Both the position numbers and the translations under genes were made by a program. DNA of 64,000 bases from Malacoraja senta (lineage: Eukaryota), in contig CM075988.1 in NCBI GenBank assembly GCA_038087875.1, positions 2,852,001 through 2,916,000 on the forward strand, given 5' to 3'. Under the pieces are notes generated by a model, which was not told the origin of the DNA, searched no databases, and saw nothing but the letters and a program-made list of their open reading frames with translations. Shown one piece after another: positions 25,301 to 38,181 of the stretch. Positions within the stretch are counted from its first letter, which is position 1. Every line of letters starts with the position of its first letter.

Positions 25301-26334
25301 ATAACTTCAAAACGGATGACTTGAGAAATGAGATCAGGCACTGGGTGTGATGGGAAGCTCCAGTCAGTGAACACACAGATACTGAGCACCAAGGGCAAGG
25401 AACCACACACAGTGCTAGAACATCACAATTGATCTTCATCTTACTAGTTTGCCATATGTCTTAAAAACATTGAGATATGGTTTAAAAAAATGGGAATATT
25501 TCAAAGTGAGTCACCGTAGGTTGGTTAGAGTGTCAGGTCCGGTAATTTATGAGGAAATAAAAGAACTGCAGATGCAGGTTCATGACAAAGATTCTGAAGA
25601 AGAGTCCCCATCCGAAATATCACCATCCTTGTTCACCAGAGATGCTGCCTGACCCGCTGAGTTTCTCTAGCACGCTGTTCATGTTCATAAGTGATAGGAG
25701 CAGAATTAAGACAATTAAGGAATCTTGCTTAGAACATGGTGCTGGAGGAACTCAGCAGGTCAGGCAGCATCTCTGGAGGACATTTCTCTGGCAGTTCATC
25801 CTTATACCCACCACACTGTGTGTGAAACCTACTCCTCAGGTCCCATTTTAATACTTTCCTTACTCTCATCTTAAACCTATGCCCTCTGCTTTTAGACGGG
25901 TACCCTGAGGAAAAAAGGCGGTGACCATTAACCTTACCCATGTCTCTCAAGATTTTCTTAACCTCGAAAAGGTCACACCTTAGCTTCCTCTGTGCCATGG
26001 AGAACAGTTATCCCAACTCTTTTACTCAGTACACCTTCTCATGAGGACAAGTCTGCCAGACACACTCTTCACCGAAGGGCCTGTTTTTATGCTGTATCTC
26101 TAAACTAAATTAAACAGTACAGAAGATAGACACTGAATGCTTGGAGTAACTCAGCAGGTCAGGCAGCATCACTGGAGAGAAGGAATGGGTTATGTTCTGG
26201 GTTCTAAACCTTCTTCTCACAGCACCAAAACAGGCCCTTCAGCCCACAGTGCCTGTGCCAAACACGATGCCAAGGGAAACTCATCTCCTCTGCCTGCACA
26301 TCATCCATATCCCGTTATTCCTTGGATTAATAGG

Positions 26335-26800
26335 AATTCATAGGAAAATCATGGAAATGTTAAACAACTATCTTGCATCTGATTTCACAATAAATGTTTA
26401 AAATATATTAAAAGTAGCAGGTAAGCAGGAGGTAAAATAGGATGTAAATTTAAAACAATTAATATCACTACAGAAAGTTATACGCAATTTAAGACGGATA
26501 AATTTGCTGGATTTATTGACCTGTATCCTGGGGTTCTGAAATGGGTGCAGGCAGAGATGGTGAAGTTATGAATTTGTAAAATGTCCTGGATCATAGAATC
26601 CAGATTATGGGAAATAATAACAGTAAGATTGTTGTTTGAGAATGAAAGGAGACAGAAGACACAGACAGTCAGCACACCAGTTATCAGTGCTGCAAACCAT
26701 CCATTAAGTAATAACAGATCATCTACAAGAGCTTAATTTGATTAATTTGATTAAGCGCAGACAACATGGTTTTATGAAATGGACATTGTGTTTAACAACT
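26335..26800 (+). mobile_element. Ancient CR1 RT fragment, closely related to 14615-15072
   Basis: Colinear similarity including gagacagaagacac.acag.tagcacaccagt and caacatggttttatgaa...tgtttaacaact. Confidence 0.7.
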
Positions 26801-27824
26801 GTCTGACCCCTGCATTTCCAGGTGTCTATACAAAAGCCTCTTAAACACCACTATTGATTCTGCCTCCACCACTAACCCTGGCAGCGCGTTCCAGGCACCC
26901 ACCGCCCTGCACATCTCCTTTAGATTTACCCCTCTCAGCTTAAAGCTATGCCCCCTTGTCTTTGACATTTCCACACTGGGAGAAAGTTTTGACCCTCTGC
27001 AACACACTGCGTGTATACACACTAATGTACTGTATGTAACACACACATGTATTATGTAATGCACTTTATACTAACTAACCGCAACATACTATGTACTTGT
27101 AGGTGAGTGGGAGAAGTTAGCTCACTCACAGCATTACAAACTGCCCAGATGACTACTTGGAGTATTGAAGCATTGGGTGACTTGGGACCAAGCGATGAGA
27201 GATGGGGGTAGTATAGAAGGATGTTGGGTCGAATGGCCTGTTTGCCCGCTGCCTGACCCCGAGTCCAATCACAGTCTTAAGACAGAGCTTCGGACAATTT
27301 TATTGACTACGGTTATGAAGATATATGGTAACAAAAGTTAAGATAATCTAATTGAATGTTTCAATGTCATTGTTTTAAAATAGCCATTAAAAAAAACAAC
27401 CCATAAAATAAAACCTTGTACTGGGTCCCCAGTATGTTCACTAGTGCCGGTAGCTCTCCTACCCCCTGCCCCCACACACCCCCTGCCCCCACTCCCCCCC
27501 TGCCCCCACTCCTCCCCTCCCCTCATCTTCCCCCACCCCCTAACCCCCCCCCCCCCAGAAGGCCCTCCAGGGATCAGCAGAGTTCCCTCCTCAGCATCCC
27601 CCGGGCATAGAGGGTACCTCGGGTGAGGGGTTGTCCCTTGGGCTGCACCGACCCATATTTGGTCCTGGTGCCCACATCAGTGTGGCCAGACCCAGGGCCA
27701 GATCACCGAGGAGTCGGAAGAAGGGTCTCAACCCAAAACGTCACCTATTCCTTCTCTCCGGAGATACTGCCTGACCCACTGAGTTACTCCAGCTTTTTGT
27801 GTCTATCAACAAGGAGTCGCTTTT

Positions 27825-28508
27825 AGTTTAGCTTAGTTTACTTTAGAGATACAGTATGGAAACAAGCCCTTCAGCCCAGAAAGTCCGTACCGCCCAATGG
27901 CCCCCACACACTAGCACTGTCCTACACACACTAGGGACAATTTACACTTACACTAAGCCAATTAACCTAGAACTTATACGTCTTTGGAATGTGGGAGAAA
28001 ACTGGAGCTCCCGTGAAAATCCAACACAGGTCATAGGGAGAACATACAAACTCCGTAACTATGTAAGTAAGTAAGTTTATTGGCCAAGTATTCACATACA
28101 AGGAATTTGCCTTGGTGCTCCGCCCACAAGTAACATGACATACAGTGACAGTTACGAATGACTCAGAAAACACTAAACATTAATAATAATAAAACATTAA
28201 TGATAAAACACCATTGATCAAGTATGTGAACCAAAAAAATACCAGATCAAAGGGAGGCTACAGATTTTTGGTTGTTGAGTAGAGCAACTACTCGGGGATA
28301 AAAACTGTTTTTATGTCTGGCTGTGGCAGCTTTGACAGTCCGGAGTCGCCTTCCAGAGGGAAGTGATACAAATAGTTTGTGGCCAGGGTGAGAGGGGTCA
28401 GAGATGATCTTGCCCGCTCGCTGTCTGTACAGACAGCATCCATAGTCAGGATCAAACCCGGGTCTCAGGCGCTGTAAGACAGCAACTCTACCGCTGCGCC
28501 ACCATGCC
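27825..28508 (-). mobile_element. HE1/V-SINE-type element split by a Rex 3' fragment (~28060-28420, minus)
   Basis: SINE 3' part ends acatacaaactccgta and resumes ctgtacagacagcatcc; insert encodes RAGKIISDPSHPGHKLFVSLPSGRRLR with an (ACTT)n tail. Confidence 0.85.
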
Positions 28509-28604
28509 ATCTGACCCTGATCAGTACCACTGACCCATACCCCTCTACACAGCTCCATGTCCAAGACCTGGAGACATGAGGAACTGCAGGTGCTGGCACC
28601 TTTA

Positions 28605-29386
28605 AGGGCCGTCCCACTTGGGCGACCTAATCCGCTATTTCAGAAGAGTGTCTTCGACCTTCAAGCTCGAGGGCACTCGTCTGAAAAACCTCGAGCTGGA
28701 TCAACTGTCGAGCTGGATCGATCGACCGACCGCTCACACACACACACAAACACATCGCAAAGGTGGGGGACAGGGAAAGCGGGGAGCGCTGTCTGAAATT
28801 CACACCCGTGATGAAGAGGAAGGTAAAATATGGCTGCACAGTGTACGGTAAGTCCTTTAGAGAGCAGGGCGGGGGGGGGAGAGGAAAGGGGAGATAAGGG
28901 GAGAGGGGAGGGAAGGGGAGAGAAGGGGAGAGGTGAGAGAAGGGGAGAGAAGGGGGTAGAAGGGGGGAGAAGGAGTGGAGACACTTTTAAGAAGTATAAT
29001 AAAATTTAGCGGGCATTTTATCTACCGGTAGGTCTTCCTTGGTCCTGAAAACTCCAATGAGCCAATCAAAATGCCCGGTCAGCGAAAATTGCCTACGGCT
29101 GCCCTCGACTGCCTATAAGTCAATAGCGACCACAATCCACTGCACTACGAGTTAAAAAGACCCATGCCGACCAAATTTTACTTGTGGAAAATTTTTCAAC
29201 ATGCTGAAAATTTTTCCGCGACCTAGCTGAGGCCACGAGTATTCAGGAACTTACCTCGAGCATGAAGGAGAGTTCCAGCGACCTCATAGGACCTCCTAGG
29301 ACCACGTGTCGACCATGCTGCGAGTTTGAAGGTCAAAGACACTCTTCTAAACTCACAGATTACGTCTCCCAAGTGGGACAGCCCCT
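28605..29386. mobile_element. Harbinger/PIF-type MITE D (~780 bp)
   Basis: ~65-bp imperfect TIRs agggccgtcccacttgggcgacctaatc...gaagagtgtcttcgaccttcaa / reverse complement at 29320-29386; TTAA context on both sides; internal sequence homologous to MITE B in opposite orientation. Confidence 0.85.
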
Positions 29387-30834
29387 TAAGTAAAACTGAT
29401 CTCGGGGTAAAAAACACAAAGTGTTGGAGGAACTCAGCAGGTCAGGCAGCATCTGCGGTGGGGATGGAGAAGCGACATTTCAGGTCAGGACCCTTCTTCG
29501 GCGGAAAAAGTTGGTAAAGGGAGGTGGGGGTGGGATTAAGACTGGTGAGTGATAGGTGGAGAAACAAGGAACTGCAGGTGCTAGTTTACAAAGAAGGACA
29601 CAAAGAGCTGCGATGGTTACAGGTGTGGAGGGGGGTTGATTGGGTTTAGGTTCATTATTGTCACCTGTACCGAGGTACTGTGAAAAGCTTTGTTTTGCAT
29701 GCTATCCAATCAAATCAGATAATATTAAACATAAGTACAATCAAACCAAACTCGAGTACTATAGATAGACACAAAAAGTTGGAATAACTCAGCGGGTCAG
29801 ACAGCATCTCTGGGGGAAAGGTATTGGTGACGTTTCGGGTTGGGACCCTTCTTCAGACCGAGAGTCAGGGGAAAGGGAAATGAGAGAAATCGAACGCACA
29901 TGGGACATATGCAAAATGCAACGATAATCAAGGAAATGTGGAGCCCATAATGGTCCATTGTTGGCTGTGAGGTAGGTGATAACAATTTATACAGACAGTA
30001 AAACTCAAAAGGACGACAGTGAAACTAGTAGGATGACTAGGGTGGGGTAGGTTACTATAGGTCAGGCAAAGAGAAAGCGTGCACATGGGTGGATAAGGAC
30101 AAAAGAGATTTTAAAAAGGTGTCAGATAAGGAGAGGTAAAGCTGGAGGGAAGGATATCATCTATTTTACAGCTTTCTCTCCCCCCACTGTCTAGCAGCTA
30201 GAACTCGAGGAGCCGCCTCAGCGGGCACTGGAAGAGGGGGTGCATCCTCAGATAGTTCCAGTGGACAGAGAGTGCCCAGGTGGGAGAAGGGAAGGCGGTA
30301 GCATGGGGTCCACAATGAGGAGGACCTCATTGAAACATGAACAGTGAAAGGCCTGAATAGAGTGGATGTGGAGATGATGTTTCCACTCGTGGGAGAGTCT
30401 AGGAACAGAGGTCATAGCCTCACAATTAAAGACGTTCCTTTAGAATAAAGATGAGGATGAATTTCTTTAGTCAGAGGGCGGTGAATCTGTGGAATTCTTT
30501 GCCACAGAAGGGTATTTTAATGGATATTTTTCAAGGCAAATACTTTTTCTAAAGAAGGGTCTCGATCTGAAACGTCACCCATTCCTTTTCTCCAGAGATG
30601 CTGCCTGACCCGCTGTTACTCGAGCATTTTGAGTCTATCTTCGATTTAAACCAGCGTCTGCAGTTCTTCCCTACACTTAGATAGATTCTTCATTGGTACG
30701 GATGTCAGGGGCTATGGGGTGAAGGCAGGAAGGAGAATGGGGTTGAGAGGGAAAGATAGACCAAACCTTATTGAATGGCAGAGTAGACGACGGGCCGAAC
30801 GGCCTAATTGTGCTCCTCTCACTTATGAACTCCT

Positions 30835-31840
30835 GCCGTCCACGGCACACCGAGCCCACGCCGCCAGCAAGCAGTCGGAGCCGGTGAGAAGCGGCAGTAA
30901 TGAGGCTGCATACCCGCTTACCCAGCCCCGAGTCCCGACCGGGTCAGGAGCGGGACAAGGCGGCTCTGTCCCCGCCCGCCCTGACACCCACACCGGCGTG
31001 TGTCCGCTCCCTCTCCACCGTGTATGCAGAGACGGCGGGACATGAACACACGCCGCCGGCTCCTTGTGGAAACCCCGGCTTGGTGCTGATGCGTCGCAGC
31101 TGCACGGAATTCAAGCTCACACTGGCGGGCGGTCTCATTGTCCAGGTTGCAGGCGAGGCATCTGCTCACAAGCGAAGCGCCGGACCTTCGGCCCGTTCCC
31201 CTTTCCTACCCCAGTCTCAATGACCCCGGCCGGCCGGCTGCAAGGACGGATTGTGTCCACAGGGGCGGGGAATGTAATTGGACACAACCTCGGGAAAAGT
31301 CGCAGGCACCGAGCGGAGAATGACCAGGGTGCTGAGTATCAGCCGCTCTGGAAATATGAGAAATAATTCAATTCAATAACACTCGTGTCATTGTGCGGCG
31401 GTCTGGCCTCAACTAGCCCCGTAAACAACCACATTATTCCGCTCCTGGCTAACGTTCCCCCCGGACGGCAGGGATCCCGCTGCTGGGAGTCTTGTGGGGG
31501 GGGGGGGGGGGCAAGTGTGGATGGTGGGTGCGGGTGTAGAGGCCGTTGGGTGTGAGGGTGTGGGGGTGCGGGTGCAGGGTTGCGGGTGGTGCGGGAGGGG
31601 GAACACTCGCACTGACCCGTCCCGGCACCACTCCGACAACGGCCCGCCCGGGAGCGGCCAGAGACCGCGGCCCGCACACGAGAGCGGTGATCCTGGGCTC
31701 TGGCATAAAACACGCAGAGACGGTTCACCGGGACAGGACTGGAGACGTCTGGTCAACTCCAAGATCTGTCCCAGTTTACAGCCCAGAGGCATGTTGGTTT
31801 CCCTAATTACATGTGACCCGTGCATCGTCCTACTCGTTCC
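30835..31840. promoter_or_regulatory. CpG island-like GC-rich unique block
   Basis: Visibly high CG dinucleotide density in non-repeat sequence; GC box ggggcgggg at ~31262. Confidence 0.7.
30922..31347 (-). other. Candidate internal exon (426 nt) of an unidentified host gene, probably 5'UTR or first coding exon
   Basis: Acceptor ttatttctcatatttccag| at 31348 and donor TGG|GTAAGC at 30921, both on the minus strand; no transcript evidence available. Confidence 0.45.
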
Positions 31841-32459
31841 GCCGTGTGAGAAGGAACTGCAGATGTGGTTTACACCTAAAATGCCCAGTCTGATGAAACG
31901 TCTCGACCCGAAACGTCACCTATTCCTTCGCTCCATAGATGCTGCCTGACCCACCGAGTTTCTCCAGCATTTTTGTCAATCAGTGAGTCACTGCAGCACT
32001 TTGTGTCTGTCTACTAGTTCCACTGTTCCCTCTTCCCCAGCCAACAATGGTCCATTATGGGCTCCATCTTTTTTTGGTCATTCGTTGCCGGCTCCGATTA
32101 GTTCTGACCTTTTCTTGCATTCAGTTCCTTCCCCTCTACTTTCAGTCGGATGAAGGGTCGCGACACGAAACGTCACCCATCCTTTGTCTCCAGAGATGCT
32201 GCCTGGCCCGCTGAGTTCCTCCAGTACATTGTGTTTATGTAAAACAGGACATGCTGGGAACACTGCGGGACCAGGAAGAACCTGCAGGAAGAGAATTAGA
32301 GTCACGTTATAGACCGAGTGACCATCTTGGTCCGATGGGTCCCGGCCCGAAACGTCACCCATCCATAAGGTTTACGAGCAGAATGAGGCAATTCTGCCCT
32401 TCAAGTCTTCTCCGCCATTTAATCATGGCTGATCTATCTTTCAGATCTATCTCCCTCAA

Positions 32460-32940
32460 TTGCAAGAAAGGACATTCTTGCTATTGAGGGTGTGCAGCGT
32501 AGGTTTACAAGGTTAATTCCCGGGATGGCGGGACTGTCATATGCTGAGAGAATAGAGCGGCTGGGCTTGTTTGCTCTGGAATTTAGAAGGATGAGACGGG
32601 ATCTTATTGAAACATATAAGATTATCAAGGGTTTGGACACGCTAGAGGCAGGAAACATGTTCCCGATGTTGGGGGAGTCCAGAACCAGGGGCCACAGTTT
32701 AAGAATAAGGGGTAAGCCATTCAGAGATGAGGAAAGCCTTTTTCACACAGAGAGTTGTGAGTCTGTGGAATTCTCTGCCTCGGAGGGTGGTGGAGGCCGG
32801 TTCTCTGGATACTTTCAAGAGAGAGCTAGATAGGGCTCTTAACGATAGCGGAGTCAGGGGATATGAGGAGAAGGCAGGAACGGGGTACTGATTGGGAATG
32901 ATCAGCCATGATCACATTGAATGGCGGTGCTGGCTCGACC
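32460..32940 (+). mobile_element. CR1 LINE 3' fragment
   Basis: QRRFTRLIPGMAGLSYAERIERLGLFALEFRRMRRDLIETYK. Confidence 0.93.
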
Positions 32941-33548
32941 TGCCTTCTCCCCATAACCCCTGACACCCGTACTAATAATCAATGTTGTCCAGAGATGCCC
33001 ATGATCCATTGAGTTGCTCCAGCACACTGAGTCTTTTTTTGTAACTGGCACCTGCATTTACTCCAGCACATTGAGTTTATTTTTGTAAACTGGCGCCTGC
33101 AGTTTCTGGTGCCTCCAACCTTATTCACAGCTGTTTCACTCTCCACAGATTCTGTCCGAACTACTGTGTGATTCCAGCATTCGTTTTTAGATAGAGCTCT
33201 TAAAGATAGCGGTGTCAGGTAGGTATGGGGAGAAGGCAGGAACGGGGTACTGATTCTGGATGATCAGTCATGACCACATTGAATGGCGGTGCTGGATCGA
33301 AGGGCCGAATGGCGTACTCCTGCACCTATTGTCTATTTTTCTTATTTCAGATTTTGCCTGGTTTTCATTTAGTATCTGCAGCAATCACCCCGCAGAAATA
33401 AACAAACGGACACACATTGCTGGAGTAACTCAGTGGGCCAGGCAGCATATCTGGAGAACATGGATAGGTGATGTTTCTGGGCGAGGCCCTTCTTAACAAC
33501 TGGGACGAATCTAAATTCTGGGGCTCGGGCAGTTTGCGGGTCCAAAGA

Positions 33549-33802
33549 GCAGCGGTAGAGTTGCTGCCTCGCAGCGCCAGAGACCCCGGGTGCTGTCTGT
33601 ACAGAGTTTGTAGGTTCTCTCCGTGACCGCGTGGTTTTCTCCGGGTGCTCCGGTTTCATCCCACACTCCAAAGACCTGCAGGTTTGTATGTTAATTGTCG
33701 CTAGTGTGTGTAGGATAGTGCTAGTGTACGGGATAATCGCTGGTTGGCGTGGACTCGGTGGGCCGATGGCCTATTTCCGTGCTGTAGCTCTAAACTAAAC
33801 TA
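33549..33802 (+). mobile_element. HE1/V-SINE-type element with internal deletion
   Basis: gcagcggtagagttgctgcc...gctgtagctctaaactaaactaa. Confidence 0.85.
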
Positions 33803-33838
33803 AGAGGATTGCTGGAGGCAGGTCAACGCTGCCCTTTG

Positions 33839-36230
33839 AAACATAGAAAACATAGAAACATAGAAATTAGATGCAGGAGTAGGCCATTCGGCCCTTCGAG
33901 CCTGCACCGCCATTCAATATGATCATGGCTGATCACCCAACTCTGTATCCCGTACCTGCCTTCTCTCCATACCCTCCGATCCCTTTAGCCACAAGGGCCA
34001 CATCTAACTCCCTCTTAAACATAGCCAATGAACTGGCCTCGACTACCCTCTGTGGCAGAGAGTTCCAGAGATTCACCACTCTCTGTGTGAAAAATGTTCT
34101 TCTCATCTTGGTTTTAAAGGATTTACCCCTTATCCTTAAGCTGTGACCCCTTGTCCTGGACTTCCCCAACATCGGGAGCAATCTTCCTGCATCTAGCCTG
34201 TCCAACCCCTTAAGAATTTTGTAAGTTTCTATAAGATCCCCTCTCAATCTCCTAAATTCTAGGGAGTATAAATCAAGTCTATCCAGTCTTTCTTCATAAG
34301 ACAGTCCTGACATCCCAGGAATCAGTCTGGTGAACCTTCTCTGCACTCCCTCTATGGCAATAATGTCCTTCCTCAGATTTGGAGCCAAAACTGTATGCAA
34401 TACTCCAGGTGTGGTCTCACCAAGACCCTGTACAACTGCAGTACAACCTCCCTGCTCCTATACTCAAATCATTTTGCTATGAAAGCTAACATACCATTCG
34501 CTTTCTTCACTGCCTGCTGCACCTGCATGCCTACTTTCAATGACTGGTGTACCATGACACCCAGGTCTCGCTGCATCTCCCCTTTTCCTAGTCGGCCACC
34601 ATTTAGATAATAGTCTGCTTTCCTGTTTTTGCCACCAAAATGGATAACCTCACATTTATCCACATGATACTGCATCTGCCAAACATTTGCCCACTCACCC
34701 AGCCTATCCAAGTCACCTTGCAGTCTCCTAGCATCCTCCTCACAGCTAACACTGCCCCCCAGCTTAGTGTCATCCACAAACTTGGAGATATTGCCTTCAA
34801 TTCCCTCATCCAGATCATTAATATATATTGTAAATAGCTGGGGTCCCAGCACTGGGCCTTGTAGTACCCCACTAGTCACTGCCTGCCATTGTGAAAAGGA
34901 CCCGTTTACTCCTACTCTTTGCTTCCTGTTTGCCAGCCAGTTCTCTATCCACATCAATACTGAACCCCCAACGCCATGTGCTTTAAGTTTGTATACTAAT
35001 CTCTTATGTGGGACCTTGTCGAAAGCCTTCTGGAAGTCCAGATACACCACATCCACTGGTTCTCCCTATCCACGCTACTAGTTACATCCTCGAAAAATTC
35101 TATAAGATTCGTCAGACATGATTTACCTTTCGTAAATCCATGCTGACTTTGTCCAATGATTTCTCCACTTTCCAAATGTGCTGCTATCCCATCTTTAATA
35201 ACTGACTCTAGCAGTTTCCCCACTACCGACGTTAGACTAACTGGTCTGTAATTCCCCGTTTTCTCTCTCCCTCCCTTCTTAAAAAGTGGGGTTACGTTTG
35301 CTACCCGCGAATCCTCAGGAACTACTCCAGAAGCTAAAGAGTTTTGAAAGATTATTACTAATGCATCCACTATTTCTGGAGCTACTTCCTTAAGTACTGG
35401 GATGCAGCCTATCTGGCCCTGTGGATTTATCGGCCTTTAATCCATTCAATTTACCCAACACCACTTCCCGACTAACCTGGATTTCATCCAATTCCTCCAA
35501 CTCCTTTGACCCGTGGTCCCCTGCTATTTCCGGCAGATTATTTATGTCTTCCTTAGTGAAGACGGAACCAAAGTAGTTATTCAATTGGTCCGCCATATCC
35601 TTGTTCCCCATGATCAACTCACCTGTTTCTGACTGCAAGGGACCTACATTTGTTTTAACTAATCTCTTTCTTTTCACATATCTATAAAAACTTTTGCAGT
35701 CAGTTTTTATGTTCCCTGCCAGTTTTCTTTCATAATCTATTTTTCCTTTCCTAATTAAGCCCTTTGTCCTCCTCTGCTGGTCTCTGAATTTCTCCCAGTA
35801 TGCTGCTTTTTCTGGCTAATTTGTACGCATCATCCTTCGCTTTCATACCATCCCTGATTTCCCTTGTTATCCACGGATGCACTACCTACCCTGATTTATT
35901 CTTTTGCCATACTGGGATGAACAATTTTTGTAGTTCATCCATGCAGTCTTTAAATGCCTTCCATTGCATATCCACCGTCAACCCTTTTAGAATTAATTGC
36001 CAGTCAATCTTGGCCAATTCACGTCTCATACCTTCAAAGTTACCTTTCTTTAAGTTCAGAACCATTGTTTCTGAATTAACAATGTCACTCTCCATCCTAA
36101 TGAAGAACTCAACCATATTATGGTCACTCTTGCCCAAGGGGGCACGTACAACAAGACTGCTAACTAACCCTTCCTCATTACTCAATATCCAGTCTAAAAT
36201 AGCCTGCTCTCTCGTTGGTTCCTCTACATG
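33839..36230 (-). mobile_element. CR1 (HER1-type) LINE, 5'-truncated, ~2.4 kb, frameshifted ORF2
   Basis: PLGKSDHN (APE end), NYRPVSLTSVVGK, SQHGFTKGKSCLTNL, DVVYLDFQKAFDKVPH, GVLQGPVLGP, SKFVDDTKLGG, FFTQRVVNLWNSLP; (CTATGTTT)n tail. Confidence 0.96.
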
Positions 36231-36869
36231 TTTGGGTGCTAGACGTGGTATATGGGGTGCGGGGGGGGGGGGGGGTGCAGGGGATAGAGATCACTCCTGG
36301 CGTCACGCCCAGTTCTGCTCTCCCCGCCCGCCACTGACAGATGTCAACACTGTCTGAAGAAAGGTCCTACCCCGAAACGTCGCCTGCCCATTCCTTCCAC
36401 AAATGCTGCCTGGCCCGCTGACTTACTGCAGCACGTTGTATTAATGGATCCAGCATTCTTTAAACTCGGAGTAACTGCTGGCCGAGATAAACCGTATCCT
36501 GGGTGTAAGTAAAGTGAAGGGAGGAGATAGCACGGCCCCTGAAAGTTACTTCCCAACCCCCTTTGACTGCAGGAGTGCCGGGCAGTGGTGTACTGTAGCT
36601 CAAACAAGGAGAACAGATAAAGTATCTATGTGTAGGAAGGAACTGCAGATGTTGGTTTCAACCGAAGATAGACAGACACAAAGTGCTGGTGTAACTCAGC
36701 GGGACAGGCAGCAACTCTGGAAAGAAGGAATGGGTGACGATTCGGGTCGAGTTAAGAGTAGTGTGTGGTCCAGATTCCAGCATCTGCCGCTCCTTGTGTC
36801 AGTATTGTGGTCTTGTGTAGGTCGCGGAGACAGGGCCGTGTCTGCACCCGCCCAGTTTATTTTATTTTA

Positions 36870-37148
36870 TTTTAGTTTAGAGATACAGCGCGGAATCAGG
36901 ACCTTCGGCCCACCGAGTCCGCGCCGACCAGCGATCCCCGTACACGAACACCATTCTACACGACATTAGGGACAATTTACAATCTTTACCGAAGTCAATT
37001 AACATACAAACCTATACGTCTTTGGAATGTTAGGAGGAAACCGGAGCACCCGGAGAAAACCCGTGCGGTCACAGGGAGAACGTACAAACTCCACACAGAC
37101 AGCACTCGTAGTCGGGATCGAACCCACGCTAACGCTTCGCCACCGTGC
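36870..37148 (-). mobile_element. HE1/V-SINE-type element
   Basis: tagtttagagatacagcgcgg...gtagtcgggatcgaaccc...cgccaccgtgcc. Confidence 0.88.
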
Positions 37149-38181
37149 CAACCGGGTCCCGAGACAGATGATCAACACTGGAGTCTGTGGGGCCGCGCCG
37201 GGCCGGGCCGGGCCGGGAGAGGGGCGGATACAGAAGCAATCTTTGCGGCTCTTTGCCTCACAGGGTTACATGGATGGAGTGAGGCACAGCGGGCACTAGC
37301 TCGGTGACGGGATCAGGTCTGTGGCTGCTCCACCCTCCCCAGTCACTGGGTCCCGTCCCTTCACTGCCCGCGCCCGTCACCGGCTTGGCCATGACAATAC
37401 ATGATTACAATCGAGCCATTTACAGGATAAATCGTGTATCTATAGCCCCGATTGTAATCATGTGCTGTCTTTCTGCTGACTGGTTAGCACGCAACAAAAG
37501 CTGTTCACTGTACCTCGTTACATCCGACAATAAACTAAATTCAAACTGTAGGCTGTTCCTGTACCTTACCTGCAGAAATACACAATGTATTCTGGTAAGA
37601 TAGACACGACATGATGGCGTAACTGAGCGGCACAGGCAGCATCTCTGGAGAAAAGGAATGGGGGACGATTCGGGTCGAGACCCTTCTTCACAAGTGGAAG
37701 CTTTCAGAACGCCTCCCATTCCTTCTCCCAGAGATGCTGCCTGTGTTACTCCAGCGTTTTGGGTCTATCTTCGGTTTAAACCAACATCTGCAGTTCCTTC
37801 CTACACAAGTATTCTAGTAACTCAACAAGTCAGAGGGTTACTCCAGCACTTTGTGTTTTGCTCAGGATCCCAGCATCTGCGGTTCCTTGTGTCTCCTCAT
37901 CTGGAACAGTCACTTCCTCGTCTCCTGTACTTTAAAGTTTTATTTGTACTCTCTTGTTTACGCCTCTAATAGACACCCTTCCCCCAGTCCTCGCCCACCC
38001 GGCCCGGCGGCACCATCACACACTGTCCGTCCTTCCTCTACCTCCACTCATCTCCCTCGCATCCACCTGCCTCTGGCGGATTCAAGTCCTTGTCCGTCCC
38101 GCTCTCCGCTCTCCATTCTTGCTCCCAACCAGACTGAACTCGGACTTTTCCCAATTCGGATTAAACATCAGTGGCCTGACC

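Noticed and set aside
28602..29389. piggyBac assignment for MITE D because of TTAA flanks
   Set aside because: Ends are GGG rather than CCY, and the TIR and core match the TWA-flanked MITEs A-C.
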